In this document: piece by piece, positions 54,975 to 64,000 of the stretch | How the letters are laid out: each line of letters opens with the position of its first letter | Numbering within the stretch: the stretch's first letter is position 1 | Origin: Octopus vulgaris | Taxonomy: Eukaryota | Reading direction: 5' to 3' | Assembly (NCBI GenBank): GCA_951406725.2 | Contig: OX597838.1 | Coordinates: 25,172,001 to 25,236,000 of the forward strand | Length of the DNA stretch: 64,000 nucleotides | Made by a program: the position numbers and the translations under genes | Notes under the pieces: model-generated | Database searches by the model: none | Told to the model about the DNA's origin: nothing | What the model saw: the letters and a program-made list of their open reading frames with translations, nothing else

Positions 54975-55032
54975 AGTCGCTGACGAGGATTAAGATGGTC
55001 TCCATCAAAATCTGAACTCGTTGGATCTGACT
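54975..55032 (+). ncRNA. Degenerate hammerhead (inverted partner)
   Basis: AGTCG-CTGACGA-GGAT...ATCT-GAAC-TC(GTTG)GA-TC-TGACT; A15.1 is changed to C. Confidence 0.55.
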
Positions 55033-55103
55033 ATAAATGCAAGCGACTTACCAACCTTTGTCAGTCATTTCTTGTGGCTGGTGCTGGTCAGTACCTTCCA
55101 TCA

Positions 55104-55141
<38 letters not shown>

Positions 55142-55142
<1 letters not shown>

Positions 55143-55538
55143 TAGCAGTATCGCCCGGCGTTGCTCGGGTTTGTAAGGGAAATAATTATATAAGCATTTT
55201 TAGAGAGTTATAGCCAAAAAATAGCAAAAAAATTCATTAAAAATGGAAAAAAAATTATGGTAATTTTTTTTTAAGTCGTTGACTCATCGTAGACATTTTT
55301 AGAGAGTTACTTCCCTTATATAATAGCGAAAAAATGCATTAAAATGGAAAAAAATGATGGTAAATTATTTTTAAAATCGTAGACTCATCGTAGACACGCG
55401 CTAATACCCAGAAGGGCTCGATATGAATCACGACTATAAGATACCCGGTTTGGGTTAAATTGCACCGCAAAATGTGGGAGTAGTTAGGAATCTAAATCGT
55501 AGGAGACAGACACACAACTTCACTTTTATATATAAAGA
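55142..55538 (-). mobile_element. Non-autonomous Helitron, same family as 46567-47096
   Basis: Same 3' hairpin and CTAG, 5' TC(T)TTATATATAAAA; has an internal duplication and lacks the central segment. Confidence 0.85.
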
Positions 55539-55552
55539 TATATTTATATATT

Positions 55553-55584
<32 letters not shown>

Positions 55585-56283
55585 GAGAGAAAGAGATGCA
55601 TACATACATATGTGGTTGTGTAAGTGGATGTCTGGGAGAGAAAGGGTTGAAAGAAATTTGACAGCTATATTGAATGTCTGTCGTGGTAGTGGTGGGGGGT
55701 AGTTGTGGTGGTGGTGGTGGTGGTGGTGGTGGTGGTGGTGGTGGTGGTGGTGGTGGTAAGGAATGACATTAAACAGCAAAAACCAAATGTAGGTCAGAAC
55801 TCTTAAGCATTGAGCTGTGTTATTAGGGTCAAGGTGAGACAGACATCAAGTAGGCAAATTTCAACCCATGAAAGAGGCAGAAGGTAAGAAAATGGAAGTG
55901 GTGCTGGTAGTGGTGGTGGTGGTGGTGGTGGTGGTGGTTGGAAGCCCGTTCTCACGGAATCATAAAAGGGAAGCAAACAAAAAGACACTCACTTTACCTC
56001 TTTGAAAATATGCACAACATGAATCAGTAGATTCCCTTCTCCCTTCCTCACCTCCAAGAAAACTGTATGGCATTAACCCATTAAATCATTAGTGTGTGTA
56101 AACTTGATTAACAAAGAGACTGGCTTCAAAGGGAGTGATTGAAAAGAATAAATTGGTCCGTTCTCACTTGAGAAATTATTCATAAAAGTAACTGCAGACG
56201 AATATTAAATGTCCTGGAATTGGATGAGATGTCTGGTAAATTAAATTGGCATACACACAGAAACAGACACTCGAATACACATG

Positions 56284-56561
<278 letters not shown>

Positions 56562-56905
56562 TTATATAAATAAGGATAAGATCGTTAATTTAAATATTGA
56601 TCTTATCTTATGGCCAGCATGGGAATAAAAATCTTCAAAGGTAATGATTATTATTAAAATTAACATTTAATGTGGTTTTAGAGTCAAGTTTTGGCCACTA
56701 TTTCCAGCGTGGTGGTATCTCTTAGATACCCTAAATTATAATTTAGGTTGACGTTAGGAAGGGAATCCAGCTGTAGAAACATTGCCAGATAAGACTGGAG
56801 CCTGGTGCAGCCTTCTGGCTTCCCAGATCCCCGGTCGAACCGTCCAACCCATGCTAGCATGGAGAACGGACGTTAAACGATGATGATGATGATGATGATA
56901 TATAT

Positions 56906-56939
<34 letters not shown>

Positions 56940-57238
56940 CTACCATCATCATCATTATCACCATCATCATTATCATTTAACGTGTTTTCCATACTGGCAT
57001 GGGTTCAACGACTTGATAGGAGCTGGCCAGCCGGGGTGGATCGGTGCTGCACCAGGCTTCAATTGTCTGTTTAGGCATGGTTTCTGTGGCTGGATGCCAC
57101 ATGAAAGGCACCCAGCACACGCTATAAAGTGGTTGGTATTAGAAAGGGCTTCCAGCCATAGAAACCATGCCAAAATAGACAATTGGATAGTGGGGCATAT
57201 ATGTGTAGGTATTGTATGCTAACTCCTATGCTATTTTG

Positions 57239-57307
<69 letters not shown>

Positions 57308-57976
57308 AAAATATATATATATTGTTGTCTTCGTCTGCCAAAAAAGGCATTTTTTTCCAAATACGCCGGCTAAACTAAGTTGTACTGTCTTTAGTCGTAA
57401 GACACCCACTGTTTTTGTCCTGTTATTACTATTATTGTTTTTTGTATTTATATTCGTGTGGCATCATCCGTTTTTCTGTCCTTGTTTCGTATACATTCGA
57501 TCCTTTTTCCAAGAAATCTAATGCTCGTAGCTTAGTTTTTCCTTGGGGCTGGCCGGATCGGAGCGATCTCAAGATTAATCAGCCGAAATTGCGAGGATGA
57601 TCCGGTTCTTGACTGAAGATTGAAGGCTTCGAATGTCCCATCCATGTTTTTTGTATTGTCTTCTAAATGTTTTACGTTCTTGTCCCAGTTTGTATTTTTC
57701 TACATATAATATATATATATATATAATACAAATAAGAAAATAGAGAAACAAATTTAGTTTGTTCATCAACTTTCAGATATTAGAATGTTGGATTATTTAT
57801 TCATTTAACAAAAAAGAACCTCACTATCATACATATATATCTTATAATTCAATACATATAAGATAAGAATACAAATTATAAAAGTCATAATATAAGTTAT
57901 TGAAATCATTAAAACCACTTTGGATAAATACTATTCCATAGTGGGTTACACCCATAACCCCTATCTTACTTTGTAT

Positions 57977-58013
<37 letters not shown>

Positions 58014-58016
<3 letters not shown>

Positions 58017-58254
58017 GTTATAATCAGACCACAAATCTATGAAATACAGCTGCCAGAGGTTTCCTGGTCAAAACATTAATTTATTTTGCCATTTCTCAAA
58101 CTGAGAAGAAAATCGTTTATCAGTTGCTCTGTTTAAAAAGCAACTGACAAACACTCTTGTTCTCAGCTTGAAAAATGACAAAATAAATTGATGTTCCAGC
58201 CAGGAAACCCTGGGTAACTGTATATAACAAGACTTGCAGTTTTTATTATAACAT
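58014..58254. repeat. Diverged fold-back element next to (CA)n
   Basis: Arms of about 115 bp around the centre CAGTTGCT...AGCAACTG. Confidence 0.7.
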
Positions 58255-58515
58255 CACCTTTACTCTCTTAGCTGATCGAGTGCTACTTTACTTGCTGAAA
58301 CCACACCACACTACACACACACACACAACGCACGCATGCACGGATTTGTGACAGCAGCAGAAATATCAACACTGACACCAACGACCCCCAACACCAGTGT
58401 TACACCCGGAGATGATGACCTCGCCAACACCAGCAGCACCAGAGCAGCTACTGGCTTCAGGCACAATATTACTGAGCAGCAATGCTACATCCTAGATTCA
58501 GATGAATATGGTACT

Positions 58516-59100
58516 TAATAATAATAATAATAATAATGAAATTATTGTATACAGTGCTCATGTGCACCACAACTTGTCAGAAAGTGCGTATAAAGTATAT
58601 GCAGTAATGTACAAATGTCTGGAAAGCAAACAATGTATGAGTCAGATACATGCTTGTGTGTGTATGGAGGGGAGAAAATCAGGTGTAGTGTTGGCAAATC
58701 TCAGGAAGCATGGAAGTTTTGAAGGATGCAGTACTCCGTCAACTAACAACTGATGCCAGCAGTTTGTTCCATGCTTCAGCAACTCAGCGTGAAAAAATGC
58801 TTCCTAAAGTCATGGGAGCTGTGCTGTTTTCTGACTTTGTAAATATGTCCACGGGTGTTAGACGGGCGGAGTTTGAAAAGATGCTCAGAGTTATTGTTTG
58901 TAAGATGGTTAATAATTTTATGGGTGTCTGCCAAGTCAGCTGCCAGACGTCGGAGTTTCAATGTGTCCATGCCCAGGGAAGTAAGGCGTTCAGAATATGG
59001 CAAATGCCTGATGGAGGGTATTCTTTTGGTTGCACGTCGCTGAACGGCTTCCAGACAATTAATATCCTGGGAGAGATAGGGGTTCCAGACCGGTGATGCA
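58516..59100 (-). mobile_element. CR1/L2-type LINE 3' fragment
   Basis: ASPVWNPYLSQDINCLEAVQRRATKRIPSIRHLPYSERLTSLGMDTLKLRR; (ATT)n tail. Confidence 0.88.
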
Positions 59101-59644
59101 GGCACCAGAATTTAGTACAGTATTATCCATAAAATTTCAAAATAAAGTGATTAAAATTAAAATAAGCAACAAGGATATCCAGAGGTCATGCAGTACGATC
59201 GTTTTATGTTCCAGATTGTGAGAGAGTGCTGCCGAGGTAATGAAAGTCGTTGATGGCTTCTAGAGGTGTGTCCCCTATGGTGATGGTAACTTCTGGTATT
59301 GCTTCAGTGGTCAGGGCATATAAGACTCCTGTAGACCATCCTCTTCAGCAGTGCTCTGCAACTGTTATGCTACGGCACACTGGTGTGCCACGAGATAGTG
59401 CTAGGTATTGTCGCAGTGTAACTCAAATATAATTTTTCCCCTATACTTTTAGTTGTACTTTTAGTTCAGGTGTAATACCAAATTTTGAAAAGAATATAAG
59501 TGCTCTGCAAATGAAAAGAGTTTGCAGAGCACTGCTCTACATTGAGCTTGTCAACAGGAAATGACATCGAGGAGCCCCAAAACACAGATTCAAAGACCAT
59601 CTGAAGTCTTCCCTCCTTCAAGCCGAAATCAGCCCTTAACACCT

Positions 59645-59876
59645 ATTTCTTTATTACCCACAAGGGGCTAAACATAGAGAGGACAAACAAGGACAGACAT
59701 GGGTATTAAGTCGATTACATCGACTCCAGTGCGTAACTGGTACTTAATTTATCGACCCCGAAAGGATGAAAGGCAAAGTCGACCTCGGCAGAATTAGAAC
59801 TCACAACGTAACGACAGACGAAATACGGCTACGCATTTCGCCCGGCGTGCTAACGTTTCTGTCAGCTCACCGCCTT
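59645..59876 (-). mobile_element. SINE family B inserted in an older LINE-like fragment
   Basis: 17-bp TSD ATCAGCCCTTAACACCT (59628-59644, 59877-59893); central GCCTTTCATCCTTTCGGGGTCGATAAA domain. Confidence 0.88.
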
Positions 59877-60348
59877 ATCAGCCCTTAACACCTGGGAAAC
59901 AGAAGCCTCCAACTATGCATCCTTTCGAGGAGAGGAGAAAGACTGAAAAAGAAGTAAAAAGAAGGCAACGCAAGGTACAGAAATTCCAGCCATGCCCATC
60001 ACCCACCCTGCCATGCGATCATTGCCCTAAACTGTTCCATTTCCAACTGAGCCATGTTAGGTTTAAGTATTATGGAGGCACCAAATGAACCAAACTCGGA
60101 CATGAGTGGTGCCAATGGTCAGTTTTGCCTTTCATCCCTTTGGGATCAATAAAATAAGAACCAGTTGAGCACTGAGATCAATGTAATCAACATACCCTTT
60201 CCCTGAACTTGCTGGCCTTGTGCCAAAATTTGAAATTATTATCTATCTCTCTCTCTATCTATCTGTCTTTCTTTCTTTACTTTCTTTCTATTGATATATC
60301 TCTACATACATACATGTATATTTAGGTGCGTGTGTGTATGTATGTATG

Positions 60349-60401
<53 letters not shown>

Positions 60402-60463
60402 GGCGGTGCCCCAGCATGGCCACAACTCGTGAGCTGAAACTAGATAAAATGAAAAAAAGAGTG

Positions 60464-60504
<41 letters not shown>

Positions 60505-60621
60505 GTGTAAACATGTGTGTAAATCTGAAAAAATACTTTTCTAAATATAAAATTACTACTTATGTAAAAAAAAATCTTGAATAAAATAGATTAATAAAAA
60601 GATGATCCAAAAAATCTAGAT

Positions 60622-60703
<82 letters not shown>

Positions 60704-60989
60704 CAGAGAGAGAGGGAGGAGACATACATACGTATTAATACATACAGTCATGTGTATGTAAATATAACAGACTGCAAAAGAAAAACTGAATAGCAAGAAC
60801 GAAACGGAAATTTAATTAAATTAATCAAAAAAGAAATTTAATTAAATTTTTTGAGTTTTTTAAAATTTTTTAAATGAGTTATTTCCCCTTTCGACCGATT
60901 TTCGTTTTTAACGATGAAAAATAAAATAACAACTAGTTAACTAATCAACAACGCCGATATAAAATCAACGTCGGCAATTCAAAAGACGT

Positions 60990-61205
60990 TCGCTGATTGG
61001 TGGAGAGCGCGAATTTTGAAAATTCGTATTTGCAGCTGTTTGTTTCATCTTGTTTTTATTCTTCAGTAATTCTCTGATTTGGAAACGAACTGAATTTTAA
61101 ACGGTAATTCTTTGGTTTATCTATATTCATTCAACTATATATGTAAATATGAATAATAAGAAGTCACAATATGGCAATTTCTATTTTATCTGTGTATTTT
61201 CTTAG
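60990..61205 (+). promoter_or_regulatory. Putative promoter and short first exon/intron of a plus-strand gene (CCAAT + E2F/CDE-CHR-like)
   Basis: CTGATTGG (inverted CCAAT, 60993-61000), then GCGCG-AAT-TTTGAA (61007-61020) in a CpG-rich patch. Candidate donor ACG|GTAATT at 61104 and acceptor TTTTCTTAG at 61205. Confidence 0.45.
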
Positions 61206-61559
61206 GTTTTTCTTTGAGGATTGTTTTCGTCAAATTGAAGTTGTTTACACCCCTTCAACTATATATATATATATATATATACACAAACTGGGGCTACAAA
61301 CTACAGTAGCATCCACCCTTTTGGGTTAGCCATATTCAAATGGCTTATATGCATCATATATATATATATAGTCACAATGAGGGATATTTGAACCTTTTAT
61401 AGGGATATTTATCCAAGATACGCTGGTTTAATATATTATATTTTGAAGAGATGTTTCTTCAATGAATGTATTATATAAAATGTCGTAAAATATCCAACAT
61501 TATTATCGAGTTAGAAAACACAGCGATCTAATGGATACAAATTAATTTATTAACTAATC

Positions 61560-61760
61560 CAGTGGTTTTCAACCAGGGTTCCGCCAGTACAGTGCAGGGG
61601 GTCCGCAAGAAGTTACAAAACTGCTAAAATCGGCAGTAATTTTTAAGTCTCCTGTGCAGATATGTGTGCATAAGACTATTAAATTATTGCACTGGGGTTC
61701 CTCGAGCCAGTGGAATGTTTCCTTGGGGTTCCGCTCCAGCAAAAAGTTTGAAAAGCACTG
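61560..61760. mobile_element. hAT (Charlie-type) MITE nested in a fold-back element
   Basis: TIRs CAGTGGTTTTCAA / TTGAAAAGCACTG; perfect 8-bp TSD AACTAATC. Host hairpin arms at about 61502-61555 and 61782-61835. Confidence 0.88.
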
Positions 61761-64000
61761 AACTAATCAGTATGTTGATTAATTAATAAATTAATTTGTA
61801 TCTATTAGATCTCCCTGTTTTCTTCCTCGATAATATATATATATATTCACTCATTAGATGCGGCCATACTGGGACACCACTTTGTAATGTTTAGTCGAAC
61901 AAATAAACCCCAGTATTCTTATTTTTATCATTATTATTATTTTTTTTTTTGAGGTCTGATACTTATTCTATCGGTCATTTTCGCCGAACTGTTACGTTAC
62001 GCTGATTTAAATCCACACTGGTTATCAAGCAGTGGAGGTCAAACACACACACACTATGGGCTTCTTTCAGTTACCATCCTCTAAATCCACTGACAACGCT
62101 TTGGACGGCCCAAGGCTATGACAGAAGACGCCCTAGGTGCCAAACAGATACGTACCATTAGTGCTCAGGTCGAATTTGTGTCTAATCTCCGACTTTAAAT
62201 GCAGGTGTGTGGGTGCTGACTAAATGAAGATTGTCTACAAGCAATATATTGATTAAGCTGGTATATGAATAATTGAATACAAGGATAGGCTGGTAAATAA
62301 CACGTATAGGGGTTAGAATGTGATATGTTTATATTTACACAGCATTTAGAGAAAAATGTATTATGGAGTGTAAATTTGAATTCCGCTGCTCTATGCATTT
62401 ATTTTTCTCTATATATTGTACAAAATGTATAGGCGCAGGCGTGGCTTGCTTCCCAACCACATGATTCCGGGTTCAGTCCCATTGCGTGGCACCTCGGGCG
62501 GGTGTCTTCTACTATAGCCTCGGCCGGACTAAAGCCTTGCGAGTAGATTTGGTAGACGGAAATTGAAAGAAACCCATCATATATGTGTTTGTGTGTGTGT
62601 CCTACCACCACTTGGTAACCAATGTTAGTGTGTTTACGTCACCGTAAGCTAGCGGTTCGGCAAAGAGATTGATAGAATAAGTACCAGGCTTAAAAAAGAT
62701 TTTTTAAAAAGACTGGGGACGATTCATTCGACTGAAAACTCTTCAAGGCAGTGCCCCAGCATGGCCACAATTTAATGGCTGAAACAAGTAAAATATAAAA
62801 ATACGTGCAAAGGTGTGCCCCCACCCCCGATCCGACTTTGTTGCTTTTTAACTTCCAGACAAGGGTATATTTTTTTAATGAAATTTTCTACAAATATGCT
62901 TCAAATGGTATAAATTATGATTATATCAGAATTTGTAAAAAAAATTATCTGTGGATGGGAAGAGAAGTTTTGGAAAATTTGAAGAAGTCTCTATTGTTTT
63001 CTAATAACTTACAGAAAAATGGGTGATTTAAAAAATTTTTTTTTTTTTTAAATTCTCTACAAATACTTTTCAAAGTCTGTAGGTTACGATTGTACTGGAA
63101 TTTGATGGGGAAAAAAAAAATTTGATGGGCTTCCACACATAAATACTGACATGAAACTTGAAATTTGGAAAAATATTGTGGCATTTCTTCGATATAACTT
63201 GAGAAGGTCAAGACATTTCACTTCAGATATTTCCGTGGGTTGTGGAGTATAGATATAAGAAATTATGCCAGCAATGTCTCGTTTTAAACTTGAAGAAAAA
63301 AAGCCTCGCATATTTGTTCTTACCTTTTTCATGTGTGTATGTAAAATCCGCAAATTTCCAAGCAGAAAACAGAATCGAACTGTCATTTGCTTCCACAGAA
63401 ATACCCGAATTGAAGTGTTTTGATTTTGTCGAGTTATATCAAAAGAATGCTGAAATTGTGATGTGTGTCAGTCTGTATGTATGCATGCTCATAATTTTTT
63501 TGTCACATTCCGATACAATTGGAATCTACACTGTATTTTTTTTTTAATTTCATTAAGAAAATATCCATTTTTCCGAAAGTTGTGAAGAAACAAAACTGGT
63601 GGGTGGGACACACTTGTGTAGGTATGCTAACGTATGTGTGTATTGGTTTCAAATTTTGGTAGAATGCAAGCAATTTCGGGAAAGGGATAGGTCGATTACA
63701 ATGACCCCCAGTGTTCAACTGGTACTTATTTTATCGACCCTGAAAGGTAAAGTCAACTTCAGTGGAATTTGAACTCGCAATGTAATGACGGACGAAATGC
63801 TGCTAAGCATTTGACTTCTACTCTAGCCTTGGACTAACCAAAGCTAAAATATAATTACTTATTGTACAAAATGTCTTGCAGTATTCCTTCCAGCTCTTTA
63901 CATTTTGATTTTCAAATTCCACTGAGGTTAACTGAGCCTTTCATCCCGCCAGGATCGATGAAATACCAGTGAACTACTAGGGTCATAGTATCACCTAACC

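Larger units (their letters stand above)
54670..55106. mobile_element. Fold-back Penelope-like element with two inverted hammerheads, between (TA)n tracts
   Basis: Left arm AAGTGACAGAAGGTACTGACCAGCATCAGC...ACAACCT mirrors right arm AGGTAGTT...GCTGGTCAGTACCTTCCATCACTT. Confidence 0.7.

Overview
Eukaryotic, AT-rich animal DNA that is very rich in microsatellites and SINEs. The repeat families look like those of an octopus/coleoid cephalopod; this is recognition, not a database result. Only one intact protein-coding gene is evident: an intronless farnesyl diphosphate synthase (FPPS; 50434-51474, minus), in a CpG-retaining, microsatellite-poor island with SREBP-type motifs upstream. A probable cell-cycle-type promoter (CCAAT plus E2F/CHR) lies at about 61.0 kb. 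Nearly all other ORFs in the track are translations of microsatellites or repeats. The rest is mobile DNA: tRNA-derived SINEs, RTE and CR1 LINE fragments, non-autonomous Helitrons, hAT/piggyBac/mariner/Merlin-like MITEs with checkable TSDs, and a Penelope GIY-YIG relic. The most interesting signal is a set of short fold-back elements, mostly in or next to (TA)n, several of which carry minimal type-I hammerhead ribozyme folds. One family (4 copies) has a compensatory G3:C8 core (GUGAACA instead of CUGANGA). Another has a canonical pair in inverted orientation, and a tRNA-headed SINE has a hammerhead near its 3' end. All ribozyme calls were folded by eye and are untested.
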